64,000 nucleotides of DNA, from contig OZ024741.1 of assembly GCA_964016885.1 (NCBI GenBank), forward strand, positions 59,396,001-59,460,000, written 5' to 3'. This document shows, piece after piece, positions 37,310-51,316 of this stretch. Below the pieces are notes generated by a model, which worked only from the letters and a program-made list of their open reading frames with translations, was not told the origin of the DNA and searched no databases. The stretch's first letter is position 1. Each line of letters opens with the position of its first letter. The stretch is from Eledone cirrhosa (Eukaryota). The position numbers and the translations under genes are program-made.

Positions 37310-39813
37310 ATACGACAGTAAAGAAGAACAGATAGAGACATTCAATGTAGAAGAGCACTGGGAGTTCCTAAAAAATAACTTACTAGAGGCGACGGATGAG
37401 GTCTGTGGCTGGAGTAAGACCTCAAGCAGGAGGAGAGTGACTTGGTGGTGGATCAATAAGGTAGATGAAGAAGTTAAGGCCAAGAGACAGGCATGGAAAG
37501 AATGGAAGAACGGGGGGAGCAAGTTACATTACATAGAGACCAAGAGGGAAGCTAGGCAACAAGTATAATTAGCTAGGAGGGAAGCAGAGGATAGAAAATT
37601 CAAGCATGTTTTGCAATGTGAGGACCAGAAACAGGAGGTATTCAAGATTGCGAGGCAGTGTGTCAGAGAGAATTGTGATGTCATTGGAGAGAAGTGTATC
37701 CGGAATGATAAAGGTGAGCTTGCCCTCACAAGTGCTGAGAAGAAAGATGCATGGAAGAGCCATTATGATAGATTACTAAATGAGGAGAATGCATGGGAAG
37801 AAGAGACCCTACCCCAAGTAGATCCTTTAGAGGGGCCAGCAGTACAAGTCAGCAGCAACATAGTAAGTAAGGCAATCAAAGATATGAAGATGGGGAAGGC
37901 AACCAGTCCATCGGGTATAGCTGCCGAGATGCTAAAGGCAAACAGGTCTGTAGGTCACACTATAACCACACATACTGTTAACCAGGTAATACTAGAAGGT
38001 GTCATACCAAAAGATTGGTGCAGTAGCATCATTGTCAACTGCTACAAAGGTAAAGGCGATGCACTAGATAGAGGAAACTATAGAGATATAAAGCTGATGG
38101 GCCAGGTCATGAAAGTAACAGAAAGAGTTATAGCACAGTTGATTAGGGACCAGGTGAAAATAGATGAGATACAATTTGGGTTTGTACCAGGAAGAGGCAC
38201 CACTGATGCCCTCTTCCTTGTGAGGCAGTTACAGGAAAAGTACCTAGCTAAAAGTAAGCCACTCTACCTGGCATTCGTCGATCTCGAGAAAGCCTTTGAC
38301 AGAGTTCCACGTGCTGTAATCTGGTGGGCTCTTAGAAAACTAGGAGTAGATGAATGGCTTGTGAAAGCTGTACAAGCCATGTATAGGGGATCAGTCAGCA
38401 AAGTTAGGATTAGCAATGAGTAAGCGAGGAATTTAGCGTACAGGTTGGTGTCCACTAGGGTTCTGTTCTTAGCCCTCTCCTGTTCATCATAGTCCTGCAG
38501 GCAATAACGGAGGAGTTTAAGACCGGATGCCCATGGGAACTCCTGTATGCAGATGACCTCGCACTTATAGCTGAATCTATGGTAGAACTAGAGAAGAAGT
38601 TCCAAACTTGGAAGCAGGGACTAAAAAGAAAGGGTCTCAAAATCAACATGACAAAGACTAAGGTCCTTGGAAGTAGACGAGAAAACAGAACCCAGATCCC
38701 CCTCAGGGAAATGGCCTTGCTCAGTATGTAGGAAAGGTGTAGGTAGGAACTCCATTCTCTGCTCCAAATGCAAACAATGGGTACACAAGAGATGTAGCGG
38801 GATCTCAGGAAGCTTAATTAAGAATGTAGGCTTCACATGCAGCAGCTGTGCTGGGACAGCAAGCAGCAAACAGCCACAGGAAACAAGTGCCACCAATCTC
38901 TGGAGGGCTCTGTAGAAACAGTAGACAGCTTCTGCTACCTACGTGACCGAATTAGCAGCGGAGGTGGGTGTTCAGAAAATACAATAACTAGGGTAAGAAC
39001 GGGATGGAAGAAGTTCAGGGAACTACTGCCACTGCTAGCTGCAAAAGGCTTCTCCCTCAAAATGAAAGGCAGACTGTATGATGCGTGTATCCGAACAGCA
39101 ATGTTACATGGTAGTGAGACCTGGGCGCTAAAGGTGGAAGACTTACGTAGATTAGAAAGAAACGAAGCTGGCATGCTCCGATGGATGTGTAATAGTAATA
39201 TACGTGAACGACAAAGCATAAATGAATTGAGAGAGAGACTGAGCATAAGAGGAATCAAATGCTGTATGCAGGAGAGGCGGTTGCGTTGGTATGGACATGT
39301 GATGCGTATGAAGGATGACAGCTGCATAAAAAGGTGCAGAGCACTAGAAGTCAATGGAAACCGCGGAGTGGGGAGACCCAAGAAGACCTGGGATGAGGTG
39401 ATAAAAGCCGACCTTACCCAATTACACCTCTCAAAGGCGATGACACACGACCGTGATCTCTGGCGTCACGCAGTAATACAGAGTACCCAACCTCCCATGG
39501 GTACAAGCTGAAGCATATAGACAATATGCCCCCACACCCTCCCACTGCAAGGTGGTCGTGGAGGTGCCACGGCAAAAAAGCACCCAGCCCACACTGTAAA
39601 GTGGACGTGTAGGCGCCATGGAAAAAGCACCCAGCACTCACTGTAAATGAGGTTGGTGTTAGGAAGGGCATCCAGCTGTAGAAATCAAGCCAAAATCAGT
39701 TCCTGTATGAGCAAGGCATGGTCCGCCGACCAGACACTGCCCACAGCAGGACAACCCATCTAACCCATGCTAGCATGGAAGAACGGACGTAAAACGATGA
39801 TGATGATGATGAT
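37310..39813 (+). mobile_element. RTE family C; ~2.5 kb, 5'-truncated, with several disablements
   Basis: RT motifs [35 protein letters not shown] and YADDL, a PHD-like finger, a C-terminal domain and a (GAT)n tail. Confidence 0.93.
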
Positions 39814-39869
39814 GTGTGTGTGTGTGTGTGTTTGTGTGCGTGTGTCCAGTTGTAACAAAATCTCTGTCT

Positions 39870-40937
39870 TTTTTTAGGCTTAATAAAATATTTAAAAAAA
39901 CTCAATATCAGATTTATTTAATCATTAATGTAATCACCATTCTTCTATGTGACCTTTCTCCATCTGTCAATAAGCTTTTTAATACTACATTCATAAAATT
40001 ATTTAGGTTTTGAACTAAAAAAGAAAAATACTTCATTTTCAACTCCTTCTCTTGAAGTAAGTCTTAATCCACTCAAATGGTTTCACAAACTTCTAAAAAG
40101 ATGGTAATCTATTGATGTAATGTCCGGGGAATATTGTGGGTGAAGCATAATTTCCCAGTCGTATTTTTCTAGGAAATATTTGGTCTTTTGTGCAGTGTGA
40201 GGTTGAGCATTTTTGCTGCAAAGCTGCTTTCAAACATCTTAGCTGGTGGCAAAAGACTTCAGCTGTTATTGTTTGATTATCGCCTAGCAGCTTGTGATGA
40301 ATTATTCCCTGCATATCTCACTACACACTCAGAAGAATTCTCTTTAGATGCAGACCAATTCTGGGTTGCTAAGCTGGCTCCTCCACATGACATCTTCACT
40401 TGACATTATTGTAAAGTATCCATTTCTCATTTCCAGTAATGAACCCATGCGTAACCCATTTTCCAACCTTTGACACTTTATCAAGCCATTTCACTTCACA
40501 ATGGATGGTAGTATGGTCCACATTGAAGCTCGTTCTTAGTTCCGAAACTGTAATAGTCAGGTATGTATCAACATTGACTTCCAATGCATCAAAATCTAGC
40601 CCTCTTGCAGGCTGTAGTCCCTATTTCTGGCTCGTGAAAGCCATCTCCTGCATATTCTTTCTGTCACTACTCCATCTCTATAAGTGTTTTGAAGTGATAT
40701 TACTGCTGCACTTGCATAATTACATTTTTGAAAACATGACGAATGTGTTCTTTACTTGGGGTGAACATGGAGCCAATACAACAGCTTCAATAAGGATAAA
40801 TTTGACAAGATCTGAAAGAAAATGAAACATATTAGTGATTTCAGCATATTCCAAATATAATTGTGAAGTTAGACATCTTTAGATCTAACTCAAGCTTTAC
40901 TTTAAAAACAATGCACAGAACTTTCACTACAACCTCA
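39870..40937 (-). mobile_element. Decayed mariner transposon
   Basis: ITGNEKWILYNN (cf. TGDEKW), NQTITAEVFCHQL and HPQYSPD...DYHL (YSPDL-like). Confidence 0.8.
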
Positions 40938-41288
40938 TATATAGAAATTAATTCTACAGGACTAGAACTGCTTTATTTGTATGAAATCATCATATATATA
41001 TATATTTGAGTAAATGAGGTATCGTATAAGGTAATCCAAGTAGAGGTTATGAGTACAAGATGTTTACTTAGTTGTGGTGTTCGGGTAGCTGATTCCAGAT
41101 AGTTCCTAGGTAAGCAGTTCCTGGAGTATTAATAATAAAGGAGTGAAGAGTAACCTGGATAAGCTAAACAATAGGGTTTATTCCAGGTATTAACAAATGT
41201 TTCATTGGCTCGGTGTGTCTAAAAATTGTTATCTGTGGTGCTGCTTTGACATTCGATTTTAAGTACAGTTATCACCAGCCAAATTATC

Positions 41289-41540
41289 AAACAACACACA
41301 AAAACAAGATGGTGTAGGACAGAACACACAAAAACAAGACGATGTAGGACAGAACAAAGGAGAGATACAAAATAAAAACCCAGTCATTGAGGATGTCACA
41401 GAATGTGTGAGGAAAGAGCTTTGACAAAATATAAACAATCATCCGGTTATTGAACCAACCAACCAACCAAATTGAAGTGAAAACCAACAGGTGCATGTAT
41501 TTTTATTGGCAGCATTACCCTCCCAAAGTATAACAATAAA
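41289..41540 (+). mobile_element. Solo PLE terminal repeat with a degenerate HHR (41383-41425)
   Basis: Homologous to 20530-20770 and 47690-47970. Confidence 0.75.
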
Positions 41541-41554
41541 TATATGTATCCATA

Positions 41555-41765
41555 CTGAGAGTACAAGACTCCCCCCTGGACAGGACGCCAGTCCATCACA
41601 GGGTTAAACCTCCAGCTATTGCTGCTACTCATTTTCAGCTGAGTAAACTGGAGCAACGTGAAATAGTGTCTTGCTCAAGGAAACAGCACATCACCTGGTC
41701 CGAGAATTGAACTCACAACCTTTTGATTGCAAGCCTACTGCTCTAACCACTAAGCCATGTGTCTT
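41555..41765 (-). mobile_element. SINE family C variant with ...CCTGTGATGGACTGGCGTCCTGTCCAGGGG 3' part
   Basis: Same tRNA head and CORE-like domain as family C, different 3' region. Confidence 0.7.
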
Positions 41766-42641
41766 CACAACGCCGGGATAAGCTTTCTGGCTTAAGACAC
41801 CCAGCCAGTGGGATGGCGTCATCATATGGCTAAAACAGCACGTGCTGTGACCAGTGGCACCGAGTGGCGCCCGACAGACTAGTCAGTCAGGGTGGTGTAT
41901 CCATACATACACACTTGTTTGACATTGCTTCAACCAATTCACATATTTCAACTGGATTCTCTTTTACAGTAGAGAGAGAATCGAACATTTAAGAAAATTT
42001 GTTCAATTCCAAGGTTTTGATATTTTTGTAATTATAAATATTGCATAGGTAAAGTGGTGGGAAATTTTTAAATATGAATAATTATTTACCTTTGCAGGTG
42101 CAAATGAATCAAGAGATATATTAGAATGATATATTTCTTTTGTTGTAGAACAAAGAGCAGGTGCTATATTATAAAAATTTAATAAAAGTTTTAAAAATCA
42201 TTGCTATTCACACACACATTCTTATATGCTCAAAAGCATATAAGAATAACTTTTACAAAGTGATAGTGACAGGTATATTCCCAGTAAAGCAACCTAAAAT
42301 AAGACTGCTTCACCATTAATCCCACCCTTACTGCAGTTTCAATTGTCAAGAAACTTTGTAAAAGTTATTCTAAATAGAATAGATAATTTTAGCTATCTTT
42401 TCATTGAGATGTTTCTGTATATCGGTGACAATGACTTTCTGATGATATACACACACACATATATATGTGTGTGTGTGTGTATTAGTATTATCATCATCAT
42501 ATATACCCGTACACACACACAGACACACATATATATGTATATATATATATTCATTTATTTATTTATTTATTTATTAAAATAACAGATTAAAGTTTAAGCA
42601 AATAATCTTCACATTTATTATTATTACTAATATATATATAT

Positions 42642-43081
42642 ATCATCATCATCATCATTTTAGGTCCGCTTTTCCCTGCTTGCAAGGGTGGGACGGGAAC
42701 TGATTCTGGCTTGATTTCTACAGTTGGATGCCCTTCCTAACACCAACCTCATTTACAGTGAGTGCTGGGTGCTTTTTTTGCCGTGGCACCTCCACGACCA
42801 CTCAAGACTCCCCCTGGACAGGATGCCAGTCCATCACAGGGTTAAACCTCCAGCTATTGCTGCTACTCATTTTCAGCTGAGTAAACTGGAGCAACGTGAA
42901 ATAGAGTGTCTTGCTCATCACCCGGTCCAAGAATTAAACTCACAACCTTTCGAGAGTAAACTGGAGCAATGTGAAATAAAGTGTCTTGCTCAAGGAAACA
43001 ACACATCACCCGGTCTTAGAATTGAACTCACAACCTTTCGATTGCAAGGCCAATGCTCTAACCATTAAGCCATGTGCCTCC
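42642..43081 (-). mobile_element. Chimeric SINE family C: head, internal variant piece, RTE-A tail
   Basis: Segments match both 41555-41765 and 20772-21107. Confidence 0.75.
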
Positions 43082-43193
43082 ATCATATATATATATTAAT
43101 ATATATATATATATATATATTAATATATATATATATAAATATATATATATTAATATATATTAATATATATATATTAATATATATATATATATA

Positions 43194-43228
<35 letters not shown>

Positions 43229-43233
<5 letters not shown>

Positions 43234-43575
43234 TAGCACAATTTAGTATAGCTAGATCCGAACTTAGAAATATTATAGAACAGTATAGCAAGAAGCATAA
43301 TAGAATAGAGGCCCAGCAACTGGGAGAAAAATTTGCAAATGGCTTGCGTAAGCTCATGCAGCGCTCACGTAATGGAGAGATAGCATGCTTTCCAACAGAC
43401 AAGTCTGGCAGAATGTCGGTTGACAGCCTGCCAAACTACATCCAGGCAATGCAACCCCACATCACTAACACAAGAGAGGTAACACCACAGGAGCATGAGG
43501 ATAGAGAAAAAGCCCTCAATGCCCATATGGTGATGTGGACGAATATAATGCAGCCCAACAAAAGGACTGCCAACA
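43229..43575 (+). mobile_element. PLE 5' fragment duplicating 45286-45631
   Basis: Near-identical sequence with the same 5' breakpoint. Confidence 0.85.
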
Positions 43576-43594
43576 TATATATATTAATATATAT

Positions 43595-43790
43595 AACGAA
43601 GGAAATGTGGTAAGGAACCAGGTGGACCATAACGCACCAAAGTACTCAATACTTGAGGTAGTAGAGTGGGTAATAGGAACCAGTAAGACCCCGACAGCTG
43701 AGCTCAAGCCGTTTCGACGGCTAATTCTGGACTGAATTAGCCGTCGAAACGGCTTGGGCTCAGCTGTCGGGGTCTTACTGGTTCCTATTA
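43595..43790 (-). mobile_element. Fold-back element (57-bp arms 43671-43727 / 43734-43790) retaining the 3' half of an HHR
   Basis: GCCGTC-GAAAC-GGCT tgagctc AGCT-GTC-GGGG. The CUGAnGA half is missing. The tail recurs at 50400-50493. Confidence 0.65.
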
Positions 43791-43916
43791 ATATATATAT
43801 ATATATATATATTAATATATATATATATATATTAATATATATTAATATATATATATTAATATATATATATATTAATATATATATATATATATATTAATAT
43901 ATATATATTAATATAT

Positions 43917-43954
<38 letters not shown>

Positions 43955-43988
43955 ATATATATATATTAATATATATATATATATAAAT

Positions 43989-45269
43989 ATCATCATCATC
44001 ATCATCATCATTGTTTAACGTCCGTGTTCCATGCTTGCATGGGTTTGGACGGGAGTTTTCCCACTTGAGGCAAGAGTGGTTGTCTTGCTCGCATAGGACT
44101 GTCTGGCGGGTTTTCTACAGTTGGATGCCCCTCCTAACACCAACCACATTTACAGTGTGGGGCTGGGAGGTTTTTACCGTGTTGCCTACACGGCCACATT
44201 ACAGCGTGGACTGTCTGGCAGGTTTTCTACAGCTGGATGCCCTTCCTACCACCAACCACATTTACAGTGTGGGACTGGGACGTTTTTACCGTGTTGCCTA
44301 CACGGTCACATTACAGCGTGGACTGTGTGTTTTTTTTTTTTTTCGTGACACCTACACGATCGCATTTGTTTCGGCCTGGATTTTGTGGCACCAACATAAC
44401 TTTACATTGAAAGGGGCGGTGTGGATGGGGTGGGGGTGGTGGGACGGGGGTGTATTTTGTTAGAGATGCCTACTGACTGTAGTAGGTTTTACTTTGTATT
44501 TAGGTAACGCGGGTCTTCTCTGTTACTGAGTACCGCCAAAGGTCTCGGTCCAGTGACATTGTCTTGGAGAGGTGTGTGTGAGGTCGGAATTTATCAGCTC
44601 GTCCCAGGTTTTTCTGGGTCTGCCTACTCCATGGTTACCATCTATCTTTATTGCCCTGCACTTTGTTATACAGCTGTCGTCTTTCATGCGCATCACGTGA
44701 CCATACCAACGTAACCTTCTCTCGAGTAAACAACATCTGATCCCTCTGATTTCTAATTTTTTCCTTAGTTCATTTATGCTTTGCCATTCGCGTATATTAC
44801 TATTACACATCCAGGGGAGCATGCAAGCTTCGTTCCTCTCTAGTCTGCGTATATCCTCTGCACACAATGCCCAGGTCTCACTGCCATGCAAGATTGTTGT
44901 TCGTATGCAGGCATCATACAACCTGCCTTTCACTTTTAGGGAGAACCCTTTAGTGGCTAATAGTGGTATAAGCTCTCTGAACTTTTTCCATCCAGTTCTG
45001 ACTCTAGCTACTGTACTTTCTGAGCACCCTCCCCCACTGCTGATTTTGTCACCCAGGTAACGGAAGCTGTCCACTATTTCTATAGAACCCTCTGCGCAGT
45101 TGAAAGAGCTAGTATTTTGTGGGCACTTGCTGCTACTTATTGCACCAGAGCACCGGCCACATGTAAAATCTGTGTTCTTAGTTAGCTTACCTGTGATCCC
45201 ACTACATCTTTTATGCACCCATACTTTGCATTTGGGACATAAAATGGAGTTTCTACCTACGCCTTTCCT
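43989..45269 (-). mobile_element. RTE family B, 5'-truncated; the 3' UTR has 2 copies of the 112-bp unit
   Basis: ORF 44523-45296. Confidence 0.92.
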
Positions 45270-45285
45270 ATATATATATATATAT

Positions 45286-47970
45286 AAATATAGCACAATT
45301 TAGTATAGCTAGATCCGAACTTAGAAATATTATAGAACAGTATAGCAAGAAGCATAATAGAATAGAGGCCCAGCAACTGGGAGAAAAATCTGCAAATGGC
45401 TTGCGTAAGCTCATGCAGCGCTCACGTAATGGAGAGATAGCATGCTTTCCAACAGACAAGTCTGGCAGAATGTCGGTTGACAGCCTGCCAAACTACATCC
45501 AGGCAATGCAACCCACATCACTAACACAAGAGAGGTAACACCACAGGAGCATGAGGATAGAGAAAAAGCCCTCAATGCCCATATGGTGATGTGGACGAAT
45601 ATAATGCAGCCCAACAAAAGGACTGCCAACAACTTCCAGGCCTGGAACAATGACGTGCCGGCGTTGTATGGGCTTCGAAAAGACCATAAAACGGGCTGTG
45701 ACCCTGTCGCGGGACCACCAACACGGCCAGTCTGTGGAGCTAACATTGCTAGTAACTACAGACTGTCCTACTTCCTCTCCCTGATCATACGCCCCATCAT
45801 TGAGATGTCCCCAGATGTATGTGACAGCACGGAGGACCTCCTCAGCAGAATCGGCGTGAGTAACCGATCTGGGGACCTAACAAACTGCATAATAGGCAGT
45901 ATGGATGTTGTGTCCCTGTATCCATCTATTGACGTGGATTTTGCTGTGGAGAAATGCGTATAAATGATCAGCGAGAGCAAGGTTGAGTTCCGTGGGATTG
46001 ATACCAGTGAGCTGGGACTTCTACTTAAGCTTACCCATAGTAATAGTTACCTAGACACTTTTGACCTTAGCAACCTGTGCCCTACAAGACCAGCAAGAGG
46101 CAGACCACCTACCATTACCTCAATGGCCAAGAAAACCCACACAGATAGATGGAACGGGTGGACCAGAGCCATACGGACACCCGAAAACCACGATGAACTG
46201 AAGAAAATGATTGCACATGCGGTAGGGGCCAGCATAAAATTAACCCTTAAGGAACATATGTTCAAATTTAATGGTAAAACATATGCCCAAGAGGAAGGAG
46301 CAGCCATTGGTGTTAGCATTGCAGGCGACATAGCTAACTTATTCATGGTATGGTGGGACAGTAGACTTAGACTTAAACTTAAACTTAAAGAACAATTAGA
46401 AGACAGCTTAACCCTGATAATGTACTCCCGCTACGTAGATGATATAAACATCGTAGTTAAGACACCCCCACTAGAGAACAGTCAGGAACTAGAGAAAAAC
46501 ACAATGGAAAGCATCCAGCAAATAGCAAACTCCATCCACCAGAGCATTAGAGTTACTATAGACTACCCAAGTAGACACCCCAAACATCGATTACCTGTAC
46601 TAGACACAGAGCTCTGGTTAGATACCATTAACAACCAAAAACAAATCCTCCATTCCCATTATGCCAAACCCATGACTTCCAAACATCTGATCCACCGAAA
46701 CTCGGCCATTTCGGACCATACCAAAATCAACATACTGATTGCGGATTTGGTACGGGTGATGAGAAATGTGTCCCGCATGTGCAACCCCGAAGAACTAGAG
46801 AGACACATACAACACTTCATCCACCGTATGCAGTTCTCTGGCTACAATCAGAGAGATAGAATCAGAGTGTATAGAGAAGCCAGAACCAAATGGGAAAAAA
46901 TGGTAAATAATGACATAAATGGGACCTGCCCCTTGTATAGGAGCAAATTTTGGAATAGAATAGAAAGAACTAGGAACAAGGCCAATAGAATAAACTCATG
47001 GTATGATAGCAATAAATACCAGAGTGTAATGTTCATCAATACAACCCCTAGAGGCGAACTAGCCTACAAATTTAGAAGGGCCCTAAATAAACATAAACTC
47101 AATATTAAGATAGTAGAAAGACCAGGTACCTCCGTAAAAACACTTATTAGCAAGACATACCCATTCCAAAGACCCTCATGTATAGATAAGAAATGTATAA
47201 CCTGTAAAATAAGCCCCCATATTAACTGTAAAACTAGAAATGTAGTGTATAGCATAAGATGTACTGAAGGACAATGTAGAAACAAAAATATAGTGTACAT
47301 AGGTGAGACAGCTCGTAGTATAGGGGAACGGATAAATGAACACTGGCGAGACCTTCAAGATAATAAATAATCATCTGTACTCTACCAACATGCTAAGATA
47401 GAACACAAGGGTAAATTAGAGAACTTAGAAATAAAAATAGAATCCACACACTGAAAAGATGCAATGTTTAGGCAAATTACAGAGGCAGTAAGTATAAAAG
47501 AATTACAACCAAAATTAAATAGAAAATATGAGTGGAACAGCAACATCACAACTTACAATTAAGGACAAAATGAAAACACACACATAGAACAAACAACCAA
47601 CCAACATGTAAATAAATAAACAAATAGATAAATGAACACAAACACACACAGACACCCGGATATGGCGCATGCGCAAACTGAGCACACAACACACACACGG
47701 AAACAAAATGGCGTAGGACAGAAGAAAGGAAAGGCACAGAAACAAAGAAAGGAATCCCCAGTCACTGAAGAGGTCACAGAGTGTGTGACGAAAGGACTAT
47801 GACTATATATAAACAACTATCTGGTTGTCGAACCAACCAACCAACCAGAAATATATAAGTTTGTAGATTTGTAAATTTATAAATTTATAAATATATAATA
47901 AATTGAAGTGAAAGCAACTGGTGCGTGTGTTTCTTATTGGCAACATGACCCTCCCAAAGTATAACAATAT
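45286..47970 (+). mobile_element. Penelope-like element, ~2.7 kb: RT plus C-terminal GIY-YIG, a few nonsense mutations, HHR-bearing 3' terminus
   Basis: PTDKSG, LYGLRKDHK, RPV, SMDVVSLYPSI, QEEGAAIG, RYVDD, a Cys linker, and VVYSIRC...VYIGETARSIGERINEH. Stops fall at 45961, 47368 and 47452. Confidence 0.93.
47760..47804 (+). ncRNA. Minimal type I HHR in PLE 3' terminus
   Basis: AGTCA-CTGAAGA-g-GTCACA gagtg TGTGAC-GAAAG ga CTA-TGACT. Confidence 0.7.
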
Positions 47971-48101
47971 CGGTTTCAACACACGATTTCAGATAAAGAA
48001 TCTTGCTAAACAAATTCAGAAACGATATATATATATTAATATATATATATATATATATATATATTAATATATATATATATATATATATTAATATATATAT
48101 A

Positions 48102-48150
<49 letters not shown>

Positions 48151-48227
48151 ATTAATATATATATATATTAATATATATATATATTAATATATATATATAT
48201 TAATATATATTAATATATATATATATA

Positions 48228-49512
48228 CTTGGCCTTTGTTGACCTAGAGAAGGCCTTTGATAGGGTACCCCGATCTGTCATCTGGTGGTCCCTAAGGAAG
48301 CTGGGTGTTGAGGAATGGCTTGTAAGGACAGTGCAAACTTTGTACAGAGGTACTCTCAGTAAAGTCAGGGTAGGAATGGAGTTTAGTGAGGAATTCCAGA
48401 TACAAGTAGGAGTACATCAGGGTTCGGTCCTCAGCCCGCTCTTGTTCATTATAGTCCTCCAAGCCATAACAGAGGAGTTTAAGACTGGCTGTCCATGGGA
48501 ACTTCTCTATGCTGACGATCTGGCTCTTATGGCAGAATCAGTAGAGGAGCTAGAGAATAAATTCCGGCTATGGAAACAGCAGTTGGAAGCAAGAGGACTG
48601 AGAGTAAATCTAGCTAAGACAAAAGTGTTGATGAGTAGAAAAGAGGACAAAACCCTGATTCCGTCAGGGAAATGGCCATGTTCGATATGCAGAAAAGGAA
48701 CTGGCATAAATTCTATAAAATGCACACAATGTAGGTCCTGGGTACACAAGAGATGTAGCGGGATAGCAGGCAAACTAACAGGTAGGGAGAAATATGTATG
48801 CAGTAGATGCACAGGGAAATTAGACAGTAGAAATCGCACTGATAGACACATTTTTCAAATGCGAGAGGGCGCTATAGAAGTGGTGGATAGCTTCCGGTAC
48901 CTAGGAGATCAGATTAGCATGGGAGGAGGGTGTTCCGAGGCCATAGTATCTAGAATAAGGACGGGTTGGAAGAAGTTTAGGGAGCTGCTTCCTCTGTTGA
49001 CGAAGAAGGGTTTCTCCCTGCGTACGAAAGGCCGGTTGTATGATGCCTGTGTGAGGAGCGCGATGCTGCATGGTAGTGAGACATGGGCAGCTACCGCAGA
49101 AGATATGCGACGGCTGGAGAGAAATGAGGCAAGCATGCTCCGTTGGATGTGCAGTGTAAATGTGCGTGAACGACCCAGCATAAATGTGTTGAGAGAGAAA
49201 CTGTGTCTGAGAGGGATAGAATGTAGTGTACGGGAGAGGAGACTGAGGTGGTATGGACATGTGATGCGCATGGAGGATGACCGATGGGTGAAGAAGTGCC
49301 AGGAAATGCCAGTTGAAGGAAGACGTAGTAGAGGTAGACCACGAAAAACATGGGCGGAGGTGGTGAGAACAGACCTCAGATCATTGAAGCTCACGGTGGA
49401 GATGACGAGGGACCGTGACGAGTGGAGAGATGCTGTGCTGAATAAGACCCGTCCCACCCTTGCAAGCAGGGAAAAGCGGACGTAAAATGATGATGATGAT
49501 GATGATGATGAT
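48228..49512 (+). mobile_element. RTE family A; young 5'-truncated copy with an uninterrupted 418-codon frame
   Basis: ORF 48229-49485 covers RT motifs, a C4HC3 finger and the C-terminal domain. The stop codon abuts the (GAT)n tail. Confidence 0.95.
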
Positions 49513-49702
49513 ATTAATATATATAATATATTAATATATATATATATTAATATATATATATATATATTAATATATATATATTAATATATATATATATTAA
49601 TATATATATATATATTAATATATATATATATATATATTAATAATATATATATATATTAATATATATATATTAATATATATATATATATTAATAAAAAATA
49701 TA

Positions 49703-49738
<36 letters not shown>

Positions 49739-49880
49739 TATATATATATATATATTAATATATATATATATTTATATATATATATTAATATATATATATA
49801 TTAATATATATATATATTAATATATATATATATATATATATATTAATATATATATATATTAATATATATATATATATATT

Positions 49881-49940
<60 letters not shown>

Positions 49941-50051
49941 TATATATATTAATATATATATATATATATATATTAATTATATATATATATTAATATATAT
50001 ATATATATATATATATTAATATATATATATATATTAATATATATATATATA

Positions 50052-50105
<54 letters not shown>

Positions 50106-50249
50106 TATATATATATATATTAATATATATATATATATTAATATATATATATATTAATATATATATATATATATATATTAATATATATATATATTAATAT
50201 ATATATATATATATATATATATTAATATATATATATATATATATATATT

Positions 50250-50290
<41 letters not shown>

Positions 50291-50359
50291 TAATATATAT
50301 ATATATATTAATATATATATATATATATTAATATATATATATATTAATATATATATATA

Positions 50360-50399
<40 letters not shown>

Positions 50400-50553
50400 T
50401 AACGAAGGAAATGTGGTAAGGAACCAGGTGGACCATAACGCACCAAAGTACTCAATACTTGAGGTAGTAGAGTGGGTAATAGGAACGTTCCTATATATAT
50501 TAATATATATATATATTAATATATATATATATTAATATATATATATATATATA

Positions 50554-50587
<34 letters not shown>

Positions 50588-50725
50588 TATATATATATAT
50601 TAATATATATATATATATTAATATATATATATATATATATATTAATATATATATATATTAATATATATATATATATATATTAATATATATATATATTAAT
50701 ATATATATATATATATATATATATT
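49513..50725. repeat. Long (TA)n tract with TTAA phase breaks; small insert at 50400-50493
   Basis: Directly visible. Confidence 0.95.
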
Positions 50726-51316
50726 AATATAAGAGAGTATTGAAGTTTGCTTGAAGCATTGTGGAATAATAAGTAAATATCTTTAAGTCGTTTGGAAGCC
50801 TCGACAATTCAAATGGGTAAATCTTCGGGTAACAAGATCCGGTGGTGGAGAGAGAGATGTAAGTGGGTGTACTTTGAAATGCGTGGTGTGTATAAGATGT
50901 GTAGAAGAATGAAGGAAGAGTATAAAGGATTAAATAAAAATAACAACACAAGAGAGAGTTACCTTGGGAGAGATTTAATAGTCCCTATATATTTCGGATT
51001 CACATCCATCAACTGGGGGTTTTTTCCGGGGTGGGGGAAAGGTTGTCTGTCTGACAGGTGCGAAACGCGTCCTCCGCCGTTTGTTGTTTTGAATATCTGA
51101 GGTATTCGGCAGAGCGCGCGTGCGCGTGAAATGGGGTCGGTCGGGCAGAGGTCAGCGGCCGAATGAGGGAGTGGGGTGGCGCTAGCTGTCAGTCCATTCT
51201 CTGCCTGTTCGTTAAATGTTACTGTGTGCGTGTGTTGTTGTCTCGCTTGAGTGTGTGCGTGTGTTGTTGCCTTTTTCCTCTGTATTGGCAGTGTAGTATG
51301 TTCCTATGGTGGAATG

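Noticed and set aside
45961-47454. In-frame stops in the PLE as possible selenocysteine or readthrough codons
   Set aside because: Two stops are TAA, and the TGA at 47452 is AGA in the paralog near 20301. These are ordinary nonsense mutations.
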